Positions 37,336 through 47,627 are shown, counted from the first letter of the stretch. The stretch: DNA of 64,000 nucleotides from a virus (IMGVR_UViG_3300033073_001248:21687-85686), one strand, 5' to 3'. The notes: generated by a model not told the origin, from the sequence alone. A program made the numbers and translations.

Positions 37336-38297
37336 TGGACATTAGAGGCGGTAGAATAACAGGTGCTAATATAATTGGCAATCCTGCTGTATATACTTTT
37401 ACTAATTTTACATTTACAAATGCCAATGCTGTTGGTAATACCGGCCCTTCATTAAGTTCGGCTACTACTTACTATACAACAACACCAAGTTACAGCGGCA
37501 ACACTTGGGTTACGGACACTAATTATTTCAATGTAACCAACGGAATACAGTATTGGACTGTACCACAAACAGGTACATATACCATTGTTGCCGCTGGTGC
37601 TAGCGGAGGTGGCAATGTAGGTCTGGGCGCACAAGTTACAGGTACTTTTACACTGAATAGGAACGAAACTATTCGTATCCTAGTTGGACAAATGGGCAAT
37701 GTAACCAGCAACATAGGGTCTGGCGGTGGCGGAACATTTGTTATTCGTACGCCATATAATACAACTGCCAGTATTTTAGCTATTGCTGGGGGCGGCGGCG
37801 GCCAGTATTTAACTCAGTCATCAACACTGTCGGGTGGTTCGGGCAATATAACTGGACAGAGTGGGGGCGTTGCAGCAAGTAACGGTGGCGGTGGCGGTGG
37901 CACAAACGGCTCAGGTGGCAACGCTACTAATGGTAGTAATACTGGTACCGGCCAATATGCTGGTGGCGGTGGCGGCTTTGTTGGTAATGGTGGTTATGGT
38001 GGTACACCCGTGTCTGCACCAGGCGGTGAGGGCGGCTATTCTTTTACTAATGGTGGTGTTGGTGGTATGAGATATGTTTATACTGCGGGCCAAACAACCG
38101 ATGGTGGTTTTGGTGGCGGCGGTGGAACCGGTGCCCGTGGAGGTGGAGGTGGCGGCTATAATGGAGGCCAAGGTGGTTTCAACACTCAGTCAGGCTATGG
38201 CGGCAGCAGTTATAATGCTGGTACTAACCGATCCAATGTCAGTAATGTTAATTTAGGACACGGTTTCGCTACTATAACATTTGTGGCAGCAACATAA
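37335..38297 (+). CDS. Glycine-rich (ALK/LTK-type) domain virion protein
   Basis: WTVPQTGTYTIVAAGASGG, ILVGQMG, GGGGGTFV, AIAGGGGG, GGFGGGG, GGSSYN. Confidence 0.75.
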   Translation: MDIRGGRITGANIIGNPAVYTFTNFTFTNANAVGNTGPSLSSATTYYTTTPSYSGNTWVTDTNYFNVTNGIQYWTVPQTGTYTIVAAGASGGGNVGLGAQVTGTFTLNRNETIRILVGQMGNVTSNIGSGGGGTFVIRTPYNTTASILAIAGGGGGQYLTQSSTLSGGSGNITGQSGGVAASNGGGGGGTNGSGGNATNGSNTGTGQYAGGGGGFVGNGGYGGTPVSAPGGEGGYSFTNGGVGGMRYVYTAGQTTDGGFGGGGGTGARGGGGGGYNGGQGGFNTQSGYGGSSYNAGTNRSNVSNVNLGHGFATITFVAAT

Positions 38298-38308
38298 GTA
38301 GGTAAAAT

Positions 38309-39292
38309 ATGCCCATAGATATTGGACCAGGAATCAACATAGGACCAGGAATAGATATAACATCTGGCCCTATAACAGCACTTTATACTTTTACCGCATT
38401 TACTTTTACCAATGGGCCAGCTACAGGTAACACTGGTCCTAATTTAACTCAAAGTCTCAGCAGTTACGATACTGCTACCAACACTTGGTTAACAGACACA
38501 CAATATTATAATAACACAAATGGTATTCAGCTATGGACTGTACCAGCTACGGGTAATTATACTATCGAAGCTTATGGAGCCAGCGGTGGCTATGCAACAA
38601 ACACAAGAGTAGGTCGTGGTGCTTATATTAAGGGACAGTTTGCACTTACCCAGGGTGAAAAAGTTAAAATTCTTGTAGGCCAAGAAGGCAGTGCTAATGT
38701 TACACCCCGAGCAGAATATGGCGGCGGTGGCGGAACTTTTGTTGTAAAAAATACAGTGGGCACACCCACTACCACAGATATTCTAGTAATTGCTGGTGGG
38801 GGTGGTGGTGTTGGATCTACTGCTACCAGTTTTGCCAACGCTCACGGCAGTATTACAACTAACGGCAATGCTAGCTCAACCAGTGTGTTATTTGGATCAA
38901 ACGGTAACGGTGCAGGATCCAGTAACCAAACTGTACAGGGCGGCGCAGGTTTTACTGGCAACGGCACAAATACACAAGTACCATCAAACGATACCCCTCC
39001 CCCGCAGGCTTTTAGATTTGGGGGTAATGGCGGTAACATTAAGTGGGCCGGCTCAACAGAATCTAGTTCTATAAAAGGTGGTTTTGGCGGCGGTGGCAGT
39101 AGTAACCGTTATCAAGCCCCAACCTCAGTGCCAGCCATGGGCGGTGGGGGTGGATATTCGGGTGGTGCAGGGGGATACGGACTTACTTCTTATTTTGGCG
39201 GGGGCGGTGGCAGTTATAATAATGGTACAAACCAAACAAATACCAGTAATGTACGCTTGGGCAACGGTTCTGTCATTATAACTGCGATTTAA
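38309..39292 (+). CDS. Glycine-rich (ALK/LTK-type) domain virion protein, paralog
   Basis: WTVPATGNYTIEAYGASGG, ILVGQEG, GGGGGTFV, IAGGGGG. Confidence 0.75.
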   Translation: MPIDIGPGINIGPGIDITSGPITALYTFTAFTFTNGPATGNTGPNLTQSLSSYDTATNTWLTDTQYYNNTNGIQLWTVPATGNYTIEAYGASGGYATNTRVGRGAYIKGQFALTQGEKVKILVGQEGSANVTPRAEYGGGGGTFVVKNTVGTPTTTDILVIAGGGGGVGSTATSFANAHGSITTNGNASSTSVLFGSNGNGAGSSNQTVQGGAGFTGNGTNTQVPSNDTPPPQAFRFGGNGGNIKWAGSTESSSIKGGFGGGGSSNRYQAPTSVPAMGGGGGYSGGAGGYGLTSYFGGGGGSYNNGTNQTNTSNVRLGNGSVIITAI

Positions 39293-39315
39293 CTAAATAA
39301 CATATAATTGGGATT

Positions 39316-39633
39316 TTGAATATGGCAAGTTATACAGTAGTAACAACAACAGCAGCTAATGTAGCTGGTGTTAATGTTTTAAACAGCACAAGAGTTCGTG
39401 TAGTAGCTAATAATGCCTGTGTTTATGCTATCAACGCTGCTGCCACACTGAGCAGTAATGTTGGTCCTGCTATTCCTGCTAACCGTCCTGTAGATATTAA
39501 CATGGGCGGCATCGGTAAAACTATTAGTGTATTACCAACTGGCGGCGCTAGCACAGTAATCACAGTAACAGAAATTGGTACAGTTTATCAAAGTGCATTG
39601 AATCAAAACAGCACAACATTTTTAAATACCTAA
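39316..39633 (+). CDS. Small structural protein, putative
   Basis: Ala/Val/Thr/Asn-rich 105 aa downstream of CTAAATA. Confidence 0.6.
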   Translation: MNMASYTVVTTTAANVAGVNVLNSTRVRVVANNACVYAINAAATLSSNVGPAIPANRPVDINMGGIGKTISVLPTGGASTVITVTEIGTVYQSALNQNSTTFLNT

Positions 39634-39655
39634 TGGTATTTTCTTTGGAATTATA

Positions 39656-39994
39656 ATGCGTATTGCAGACCTATTAGGCGAACTAGTTAACATATTCGGT
39701 GAACCCAAACAGCCCGAAGAACCTATAATTGGCGGCCTTAACAGTGAAGTTCAAAATCGTCCAGATATTACTGAAGTTGAAGCAGAGCTTGAAGATCACG
39801 CTGATACCAGTAAAATGGTCGCTCCCTTGCAGCAAAAATTAGAACTGCTAAAACGAGCAGTGGGTGTTGACAATATGTATGATGAAGAAGAAGCAGAACA
39901 AGTTCGAGACGAGCTGGATGATATACTAAAAATAGCTGGTGTGCCCACAGCTTCCATATTTGATGCAGGCGATGACGAGCCGCTAGACTCATAA
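39656..39994 (+). CDS. Acidic hypothetical protein
   Basis: 112-aa ORF. Confidence 0.65.
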   Translation: MRIADLLGELVNIFGEPKQPEEPIIGGLNSEVQNRPDITEVEAELEDHADTSKMVAPLQQKLELLKRAVGVDNMYDEEEAEQVRDELDDILKIAGVPTASIFDAGDDEPLDS

Positions 39995-40005
39995 AAGGGT
40001 CGGCC

Positions 40006-40467
40006 ATGTCTGCAAACACTTATACCCAAGACTTTTTTACAGATAGACGAAACTATGCGGATGGAAATGTTCGCATAGGACAAATGGATCGTCTTTGGTA
40101 TGACCCCATTACCAATACAATAAGAGTAGGCAATGGTTTACCTGGTGGCCGCATAGTAGGTTTTGGTGGAAATGGTGCTGGTACATTTAACTACAATGTT
40201 CGCACAGTTACTACAGATTATACCTTTGTTGACAGTGATTACTATGTAGGGGTACTGAGCAATGCCAATGTTACCATTACACTGCCTGTGGGCCAAGAAG
40301 GTCGTATCTGTGTAGTAAAAGATCAAAGTGGCAATTGCAGTACACACAATTTAACTATTAACCCACAGGGGTCCGACACTATAGACAATCAAAATTCAGT
40401 CATATTAGCATTAAACAATGCCGCAGTGGATATGATTTTTACTAATGGCGGCTGGAGAATCATATGA
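40006..40467 (+). CDS. Short fibre/decoration-like structural protein
   Basis: LWYDPITNTIRVGNG anchor-like segment; C-terminal NVTITLP...VVKDQSG...TINPQGSDTID. Confidence 0.55.
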   Translation: MSANTYTQDFFTDRRNYADGNVRIGQMDRLWYDPITNTIRVGNGLPGGRIVGFGGNGAGTFNYNVRTVTTDYTFVDSDYYVGVLSNANVTITLPVGQEGRICVVKDQSGNCSTHNLTINPQGSDTIDNQNSVILALNNAAVDMIFTNGGWRII

Positions 40468-42209
40468 CATATTTGTTTAGTAATACCAGTGCAATCTTTC
40501 AAAGCAACGGAACAGCAATCACTACATCTAACCCTTTGGCGGTCACTGTTGGTGGTGCTAACATTACAATTCAAGGTAATACAAATGTTATCAGTAATGT
40601 AACAGTTACCAATTTTCCTAGTGTACAACCAGTTACTGGCAATGTCAATGCAACTGTAATTGGTAATGTCACAGTTAGCAGTATTACTGGCAATGTCAAT
40701 GTTAATCCAATTACTGGTACTATAACTGTTTCTGGCATAGGCAACCTAAATGTGTCAGGCAATACACTGCCGGTAAGTGGTAATGTTAACGCTACTGTGT
40801 CTGGCACAGTAGCAGTTAGCAGTATCAGCAGTAATGTAACTGTAGTTGACGGTGGCGGCTCGATTACTGTTGACGGTAATGTAGGTATTCTAGGTAATGT
40901 AAATGTCACACAAGGAACTAGTCCTTGGGTAGTATCGGGCAATGTAGGAATTACAGGCAATGCTAATGTTATATTAGCCGACGATGCTAATGTTATTATT
41001 TCAGGATTCTCGGGAGCAACAGCAGATGCATTCGGTCGCTTGCGTGTCAGCAATCCTTTCACACTGTTTGACACACAAGCCCGTTATTTTGATCACGGCC
41101 AGTTTGCGTCTAATACATCAGGTACAGCTAATGTAGTCTATGTGGCAGCACAGAGTTCTTGGCAACTTAATGTAGGTACTGCATCAGGTGATAGTGTATT
41201 ACGAGAAACTGTAAAACCATTTCCTTATCAACCAGGCAAGAGTCAACTGTCACTAAACACTTTTTGTTTTAGTACTCCAAAACCAAATTTGCGTCAACGA
41301 GTAGGATTATTTGATTCAAATGACGGTGTATTCTTTGAAAATGATGGCACTTACAACTATTTTGTAATTAGATCGGGATCTACTGGAGTTGAAGAAAGAA
41401 TTCGCCAAGATGCTTGGAACGGTGATCAGCTTAATAACACAGGACCCCTAACAAATCCGTCGGGCATCACACTGTATCCAGATCGCACACAGATCTTGTT
41501 TGCTGATGTAGAATGGTTAGGTGTAGGCTCAGTGCGTGTTGGTTTTGTGATTAATGGTGCTTATGTTATTTGTCATCAATTTAATCACGCTAATCAACCA
41601 GGCAATACTAAAGTCTATATGACCACTGCTACATTGCCTATTCGCTATGAAATAACCAACACTGGTGTTACAGCCAATGCCAGTATGATGACACAGATTT
41701 GTAGTTCAATTATTTCTGAAGGCGGATTCCAATTATCAGGATCGGGTAACCCTAGAGCAGCAAGCCATTTAATAGGTACGCCAGTTAGACTGCCAAATGA
41801 TGTCAGTTTCAAACCATTAATATCTATTAGACTGAAAAGCACTAATTTGAATGCTGTGGTTATTCCAACAGCCTATACTATAGTTCCATTGGCTCAAAGC
41901 TTTTTCCAATATCGTATTTACAAAAAAGCCGTTACATCAGGCGGCTCATGGGTAAGTTCAGCAGCTGATAGCAGTGTAGAATACAATCTTGCCCCAACTA
42001 GTTTAGTGTCAGGCGACATAGCCGAACAGTCATTTCTAAACAGTACCAACCAAAGTACCGGTGCTCCTATACAAACTGAGTTTAGTTTTGAGTATCAGTT
42101 GGAGCGTGAACCATTTACTGGTGTAGCTTATGAATATGTAATTATGATGGCCACAACAGGTCAAAATCAAGATGTCTATGCCAGTATTGAATGGCAAGAA
42201 ATCAGTTGA
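40464..42209 (+). CDS. Fibre/spike-like structural protein with VTGNVN repeats and lectin-like C-terminal domain
   Basis: N-terminal V-T/S-G-N-V-N repeats, DAFGRLRVSNP, beta-sandwich-like C-terminus. Confidence 0.65.
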   Translation: MTYLFSNTSAIFQSNGTAITTSNPLAVTVGGANITIQGNTNVISNVTVTNFPSVQPVTGNVNATVIGNVTVSSITGNVNVNPITGTITVSGIGNLNVSGNTLPVSGNVNATVSGTVAVSSISSNVTVVDGGGSITVDGNVGILGNVNVTQGTSPWVVSGNVGITGNANVILADDANVIISGFSGATADAFGRLRVSNPFTLFDTQARYFDHGQFASNTSGTANVVYVAAQSSWQLNVGTASGDSVLRETVKPFPYQPGKSQLSLNTFCFSTPKPNLRQRVGLFDSNDGVFFENDGTYNYFVIRSGSTGVEERIRQDAWNGDQLNNTGPLTNPSGITLYPDRTQILFADVEWLGVGSVRVGFVINGAYVICHQFNHANQPGNTKVYMTTATLPIRYEITNTGVTANASMMTQICSSIISEGGFQLSGSGNPRAASHLIGTPVRLPNDVSFKPLISIRLKSTNLNAVVIPTAYTIVPLAQSFFQYRIYKKAVTSGGSWVSSAADSSVEYNLAPTSLVSGDIAEQSFLNSTNQSTGAPIQTEFSFEYQLEREPFTGVAYEYVIMMATTGQNQDVYASIEWQEIS

Positions 42210-42240
42210 TTTAAGTCAAAAAATCATATACAATCACTAG

Positions 42241-43287
42241 ATGTTTAATGCGGTTCAAGATTATACCGTAAGTTTGTTGCCTTCTAAAAGAAGACGCAGC
42301 CAAAGCGGTTGGCAAAGTTTCAATGCTGTTTGCTGTCAACACAACGGTGACAGCCCCGACACAAGAGGTCGCGGTGGCATCATGACCAATCCTAATGGCA
42401 GTGTGGCTTATCATTGTTTTAACTGCCAGTTCAAAACCAGTTATACTCCAGGCAGACCTTTAAGTTTCAAATTTAGAAAACTGCTGCGTTGGTTGGGCGG
42501 AGATCTAAATGAAATACAGCGACTGGTTATCGAAGCACTGAGAATCAAAGATCTAATCAAACCTGAAGAAATAGAAGAAGAAAAAGAATCGATTACTTTT
42601 GAACGCAGATCCCTGCCCCTTGAAGCAAAAAGCTTTTGGGCGCTAGCAGAATTTTATAAGTTAGCAGACAACAATAACTTGCCCGCAAACTTTGTACATG
42701 CGGTCAACTATGTTGTAGACAGAAAGATTGACTGTAACAGATATGACTTTTACTGGACTCCCGAAGTAGAGCACAAACTAGCGCATCGTGTTATAGTGCC
42801 ATTCAAATACAAGAATGAAATAGTTGGTTATACAGCCCGTGCTATAAACGATGGTATCAAACCCAAGTACCACAGCAATCATCCCGCTGACTTTGTGTTT
42901 AACTTAGACAATCAACGGCCTGACAATAAATTTGTCATAGTCTGTGAGGGAACTTTTGATGCCATGAGCGTAGATGGTGTCAGTGTACAAAGCAATGAAA
43001 TAAGTGAACAACAAGCAGAACTGATAGAACAGTTGGGCAAGCCTGTGATATTTGTGCCGGACTTTGACAAACACACAGACAAACAAGGTCGTGAAGTATG
43101 GCCAGGCTATGCTGCAGTAGAACAGGCTGTTGAATATGGATGGAGCGTAAGTTTTCCTGTATGGCGTGAAACCTGCAAGGACATTAATTCTGCTGTACAA
43201 AAATATGGCAAACTATTTGTGTTAAAAGCTATCTTAGACGCACAAGAGTCTAATCCATTAAAAATCAAATTGATGAAAAATAAGTAA
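42241..43287 (+). CDS. DNA primase (Zn-binding + TOPRIM)
   Basis: CCQHNGD...HCFNC Zn site, GYTARAI, VCEGTFDAM, FVPDFD, KDIN; adjacent to helicase. Confidence 0.85.
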   Translation: MFNAVQDYTVSLLPSKRRRSQSGWQSFNAVCCQHNGDSPDTRGRGGIMTNPNGSVAYHCFNCQFKTSYTPGRPLSFKFRKLLRWLGGDLNEIQRLVIEALRIKDLIKPEEIEEEKESITFERRSLPLEAKSFWALAEFYKLADNNNLPANFVHAVNYVVDRKIDCNRYDFYWTPEVEHKLAHRVIVPFKYKNEIVGYTARAINDGIKPKYHSNHPADFVFNLDNQRPDNKFVIVCEGTFDAMSVDGVSVQSNEISEQQAELIEQLGKPVIFVPDFDKHTDKQGREVWPGYAAVEQAVEYGWSVSFPVWRETCKDINSAVQKYGKLFVLKAILDAQESNPLKIKLMKNK

Positions 43288-43290
43288 AAT

Positions 43291-44733
43291 ATGTCAAAAG
43301 AATATACTACAGATCTACAAAAATTATTTTTAGAGATGATGATTCAAAACGCTGAAAGCTATTTGCGTGTTCAAAACATCTACAATCCCGAAAACTTTGA
43401 TCGTAGTCTAAAAAGCACAGCCAAGTTTATTAGAGAACATGTGGACACGCACAGAGCCATGCCCACAAGGGAACAGGTGTTAGCATTTACCGGCACAGAA
43501 CTAAAACCTGTTCCTGACTTGACAGACAATCACTATGATTGGTTCATGGCGGAGTTTGAAGGCTTTACTAAGAAACAAGAACTGGAACGAGCTATTCTCA
43601 AAGCCGCAGACATGATTGAAAAAGGTGAGTTTGACCCAGTAGAAAAACTAATCAAGGATGCGGTACAGATCAGTCTGACCAAAGACATGGGCACTGAGTA
43701 TTTTGAAGATCCCCGTGCTAGATTGATGAAGATCAAAGACAACAACGGACAAGTCAGCACAGGCTGGCCCACTCTTGACAAGCGACTGTTTGGTGGTATG
43801 AACAGAGGTGAACTCAACATCTTTGCTGGTGGTTCGGGTTCGGGTAAAAGTTTGTTCATGCAGAATATTGCCATTAACTGGGCTACACAGGGTCTAAACG
43901 GTGTGTTTTTAACACTGGAACTCAGTGAAGAACTCTGTGCCATGCGTATGGATTCAATGGTGGCCAATGTCAGCACTAAAGAAGTGTTTAAAGACTTGGA
44001 AACAGTTGAACTTAAGGTAAAGATGGTGGGCAAGAAGTCTGGTAACCTGCGTATCAAATACATGCCAGCACAGAGTAATGTAAATCAAATTCGCGCATAC
44101 TTAAAAGAACTGGAAGTACAGACTGGTCGCAAAACAGACTTTATCATGGTAGACTACTTGGACTTGGTCATGCCAGTTAGTGCTAAGGTTTCGCCCAACG
44201 ACCTGTTTGTCAAAGACAAATATGTATCAGAAGAACTGCGTAACTTGGCTCGTGAGTTTGGCATACTGATGGTCACTGCTAGTCAGTTGAATAGAAGTGC
44301 AGTTGAAGAAATTGAATTTGACCACAGTCATATCTCGGGCGGTATCAGTAAGATTAACACAGCAGATAATGTGTTTGGTATCTTTACCAGTAGAGCAATG
44401 CGTGAGCGTGGCCGCTATCAAATACAGTTAATGAAAACTCGTAGCAGTTCGGGTGTTGGTATGAAAGTGGACTTAGAGTTCGATCTTGAAACACTGCGTA
44501 TTACTGACCCTGGTGAGGAAGCACAGGGCACACCTGGAACGGTCAAGCCACAGGTTGGCAGCATCATGAGTCAAATTAAAGCCAAAAGCACTGTTGGTGA
44601 CGGTGAAGAACAGCCTGGGGGATTTCAACGAGCACAACCCAAAGAAGGCTGGAGCTTGGATAAACCTGTACATGGAGAAGCTAATAGCACTAAGCTGAAA
44701 GCTATGCTAGCCGGATTAAAGAAAGTCGAATAA
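43291..44733 (+). CDS. Replicative helicase (T4 gp41/DnaB-like)
   Basis: STGWPTLD, FAGGSGSGKS, LELSE, IMVDYLDL, TASQLNR, MKTR. Confidence 0.9.
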   Translation: MSKEYTTDLQKLFLEMMIQNAESYLRVQNIYNPENFDRSLKSTAKFIREHVDTHRAMPTREQVLAFTGTELKPVPDLTDNHYDWFMAEFEGFTKKQELERAILKAADMIEKGEFDPVEKLIKDAVQISLTKDMGTEYFEDPRARLMKIKDNNGQVSTGWPTLDKRLFGGMNRGELNIFAGGSGSGKSLFMQNIAINWATQGLNGVFLTLELSEELCAMRMDSMVANVSTKEVFKDLETVELKVKMVGKKSGNLRIKYMPAQSNVNQIRAYLKELEVQTGRKTDFIMVDYLDLVMPVSAKVSPNDLFVKDKYVSEELRNLAREFGILMVTASQLNRSAVEEIEFDHSHISGGISKINTADNVFGIFTSRAMRERGRYQIQLMKTRSSSGVGMKVDLEFDLETLRITDPGEEAQGTPGTVKPQVGSIMSQIKAKSTVGDGEEQPGGFQRAQPKEGWSLDKPVHGEANSTKLKAMLAGLKKVE

Positions 44734-44736
44734 ATA
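44729..44736 (+). promoter_or_regulatory. Putative late promoter AATAAATA
   Basis: Overlaps helicase stop; followed by GGAG RBS and TTG start. Confidence 0.45.
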
Positions 44737-44757
44737 CACTTAATCTGGAGCTGAATT

Positions 44758-45006
44758 TTGCAAAAAAAGACCCGTAGTTTGCTAGAAGAGCTGGATTCTT
44801 TGCGTTTACATAAAGACCGCGAAAATCTAGTAGAAAGCCGCGCCAATAATATTATCCAGGGCGCTATTAATCTAGTAAACTTTATCCGTGAAAACTATGA
44901 GCCTGCGGCCGCTGAAGAACTGGAGCGCAGACTAATAAACAGTATTAGAGCACAGGATCCTGCTAAATTTAGTCGTGGCGTCAAAAGGCTAAAAAATGAA
45001 GATTAA
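44758..45006 (+). CDS. Hypothetical protein
   Basis: GGAG RBS, TTG start, 82 aa. Confidence 0.7.
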   Translation: MQKKTRSLLEELDSLRLHKDRENLVESRANNIIQGAINLVNFIRENYEPAAAEELERRLINSIRAQDPAKFSRGVKRLKNED

Positions 45007-45739
45007 AGACATAGTTCAAGAAGGAATACTAGACACTTTAGGTAGAGGTATTGCAAAAGGTTTTGGTGTACAGCCCGACGATCAGTCAAGGACCAAAGAA
45101 CTTAGATCAAAAGCAGAGCTTAAGACAAGAGCACAATTACCCGCTCAAGCCTTTAAACAGTTTCAACAACTTTTAACAAATTCTGGTATTAACTTGGCCA
45201 ATCCCAGAACTTATGATTACGATCAATTATCACAGTATCTAAAAGATTACTCTAAATATTACTTTGCCAGTGGAGTACAAGACCCAGCTGCCAGTTATAT
45301 TACAAGTGAAATTGATTCTTTATCTACACCAAAAAATCTCACAAATGCTTCTATAGCACAATTTTTTAACAGTGTTAACGACGCCAGAAGTGATGCCATA
45401 GACAACGCTACAAAATTATATAGAGTACCGGTGCAACCAGAAAAAACCGAACCAACACCTAAAGAAACTCCTGCACCTGCAGAAACACCTTCTACAGCTA
45501 CCCCTGCTTCTACTCAACAACCAACACCTAAAGAAACTCCTGCACCTGCAGAAACACCAAGACAAGACACTGGTTTGCCTCCAAATGTGTCTGTACTGGC
45601 AACTAGTCCAGTGGTATTACAAGTGGGCAAGAAAAAATTTGAGTTAGACGATTTAGATCAATGGCACCCATTAGGTATGAAACGAACTGTCAGCGCAGGT
45701 GAAGCAGCAATTTTAAATAGATATTTGTCAATGTTATGA
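44996..45739 (+). CDS. Hypothetical protein with Pro/Thr-rich linker
   Basis: 247 aa; PTPKETPAPAETP occurs twice. Confidence 0.7.
   Translation: MKIKDIVQEGILDTLGRGIAKGFGVQPDDQSRTKELRSKAELKTRAQLPAQAFKQFQQLLTNSGINLANPRTYDYDQLSQYLKDYSKYYFASGVQDPAASYITSEIDSLSTPKNLTNASIAQFFNSVNDARSDAIDNATKLYRVPVQPEKTEPTPKETPAPAETPSTATPASTQQPTPKETPAPAETPRQDTGLPPNVSVLATSPVVLQVGKKKFELDDLDQWHPLGMKRTVSAGEAAILNRYLSML
45451..45558 (+). repeat. 39-bp exact direct repeat
   Basis: ACCAACACCTAAAGAAACTCCTGCACCTGCAGAAACACC at 45451-45489 and 45520-45558. Confidence 0.95.
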
Positions 45740-47100
45740 AATTATTTGAAATAAAAAAGAATACGCCTAAGTGGCAGATATTTGAAAGCAAGGAAGGCAA
45801 GAATCTGCATCTTGAACACATTGAAGATTTGATATTTAATGAAGGATATCAAGGCGCACAACGAGCACTGACCTACTGTGAAAACCTTCGTCAAATGTTT
45901 GCTGAAGGCACAGGTACAGCAACGAAAATTACAGTAAAATGGGATGGGGCTCCTGCTATTATCTGCGGCGTTGATCCCGCCGATGGAAAATTTTTCGTAG
46001 GTACAAAAAGTGTGTTCAGCAAAACCGAACCTAAAGCTTGTAAGTCTACAGCAGATATTAAAAAGTTTTATAGTGAACAACCCGATCTAGCCAACAAGTT
46101 AATTATTGCACTCAAGAATCTTAGCAAAATTGGCATTGGCAATGTCTTGCAAGGCGACTTAATGTTTACCTCAGACACACTGCAAACTGCTGATATCAAT
46201 GGCGAAGAATGCATTACATTTACTCCCAACACCATTACTTACGCTGTACCTGCCAACGAACAACTAGCAGAACGAATCCGCGGTGCTAAGATCGGTATAG
46301 TATTTCATACTGCCTACGAAGGTGCTAGTTTGCCTGAAATGACTGCTAGTTTTGGAGTTAGTGTAGCAGGTCTGAACCCCAGCAAAGATGTGTGGTTTGA
46401 TGATGCTACTTACAAAGACCTTACTGGTATTGCTAGCCTAACACCTGAAGAAAATACAATGATCAGTCGTACACTGGGTGCTGCTGCCAATACCTTAAAA
46501 AAGATAAATCCAGCTAAGTTTAATACCATATTGAATAACACAGAGTTTAGCCAATACATTAAACCTTTTATTAACAGTAAAGTTAAAGGCGGCGAACAAG
46601 TAGGTGAACCCACTGCGTTCCTGCAGGAATTTATTACATTTTATCGTGGTAAAATGGAAGCAGAAATTGACACACTAATGAAAAACAGTCAATTTACTGA
46701 ACAACAGGAAGAACTTGTACACCAATACATGGCAACAAGAGACGCTGCTGCCAGAAAACAATTAGATAAAGCACTGCTAGAATCGGGTGTAAAAGTAGCT
46801 GTACTGCGTAGAATTGAAAAAATTGTTGCCAACGAAGAATTCATGGAAGATAATAGCAACACACTATTGGGCGTATTGGCTATCTACAAGCGTATAATTG
46901 AAGTCAAGCTAATGATTCTCGGCAAAATGCAGAAAGTAGAAAGTATAGGTACTTTCATTAAAACTGATAACGGTTACAAAGTAACTGCCCCTGAAGGTTT
47001 TGTAGCCATTGGACATGACGGCGGCGCTGTGAAACTGGTTGATAGACTAGAGTTCAGCAAACAGAACTTTTCCGCACCTAAACAGTGGAAAAAAGATTAA
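45736..47100 (+). CDS. Large-phage protein with ligase/capping-type nucleotidyltransferase motifs (recalled as DUF6267-like)
   Basis: HLEHIED, TVKWDGAPA (KxDG motif I), LQGDLMF, PEGFV, VKLVDR. Confidence 0.55.
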   Translation: MKLFEIKKNTPKWQIFESKEGKNLHLEHIEDLIFNEGYQGAQRALTYCENLRQMFAEGTGTATKITVKWDGAPAIICGVDPADGKFFVGTKSVFSKTEPKACKSTADIKKFYSEQPDLANKLIIALKNLSKIGIGNVLQGDLMFTSDTLQTADINGEECITFTPNTITYAVPANEQLAERIRGAKIGIVFHTAYEGASLPEMTASFGVSVAGLNPSKDVWFDDATYKDLTGIASLTPEENTMISRTLGAAANTLKKINPAKFNTILNNTEFSQYIKPFINSKVKGGEQVGEPTAFLQEFITFYRGKMEAEIDTLMKNSQFTEQQEELVHQYMATRDAAARKQLDKALLESGVKVAVLRRIEKIVANEEFMEDNSNTLLGVLAIYKRIIEVKLMILGKMQKVESIGTFIKTDNGYKVTAPEGFVAIGHDGGAVKLVDRLEFSKQNFSAPKQWKKD

Positions 47101-47104
47101 TCGG

Positions 47105-47112
47105 TATAAATA
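47105..47112 (+). promoter_or_regulatory. T4-type late promoter TATAAATA
   Basis: Exact match upstream of the 47156 gene. Confidence 0.7.
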
Positions 47113-47155
47113 AATTTATGTGCGCGAGCACTAAACTTTTAAAAGGAAAAATAAA

Positions 47156-47578
47156 ATGGCAGTTTTTACAAGAACAAATGGTAATGCACAAAACGTTGTA
47201 AGCGTTGGTAACGTTGCCCTAAGCACAGAAGCTTCTACACTAGGTACAATCGTAAGCACAGGTATTGGCAAGCCAATCCGCGCTTTCTCTGTAAACAGTA
47301 ACGTTGCTTTGACAACCGCTCTAGGCACAGGCGAAGCAGTTGAAGCTATTCTAGGCGTATTTGGCCAGAAAGCTACTCTACTAGCATACCAAGTTTCCAG
47401 TGCTGGTATTGGTGGTGTTACAAACGGTTTGGTCAGCGTTGTTGTTGAAGACAACAGCTGGACAACCACAGACCTACAAGCTAACATTGTTGCTCTAGGC
47501 ACAGTAAGTTCTGTTAACCTAACAGGTGTTAAGGTTGCTGAACCTGGTCTACAGTTTGTTACAACAGCTGGTAACTAA
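47156..47578 (+). CDS. Probable abundant virion structural protein
   Basis: Own late promoter, AAGGA RBS, strongly biased codons, own terminator. Confidence 0.65.
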   Translation: MAVFTRTNGNAQNVVSVGNVALSTEASTLGTIVSTGIGKPIRAFSVNSNVALTTALGTGEAVEAILGVFGQKATLLAYQVSSAGIGGVTNGLVSVVVEDNSWTTTDLQANIVALGTVSSVNLTGVKVAEPGLQFVTTAGN

Positions 47579-47601
47579 TCAGAAGTTTACACAACACAAA
47601 C

Positions 47602-47627
47602 AAAGGCACTTTCGCAGTGCCTTTTTT
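47602..47627 (+). terminator. Rho-independent terminator
   Basis: AAAGGCACT-TTCGC-AGTGCCTTT plus T run. Confidence 0.88.

Noticed and set aside
31615-41842. Many short alternate-frame and antisense ORFs within fibre and Gly-rich genes
   Set aside because: Low-complexity codon periodicity (GGT/GGC/ACT/GTA) suppresses stops; the products are compositional mirror images.
31174-42209. Diversity-generating retroelement acting on fibre tips
   Set aside because: No reverse transcriptase, and no template/variable repeat pair differing at adenines; the 62-bp repeat is internal and differs by C/T.
47131-47502. 123-aa antisense ORF over the 47156 structural gene
   Set aside because: The + strand gene has the promoter, RBS and terminator; the antisense ORF has none.
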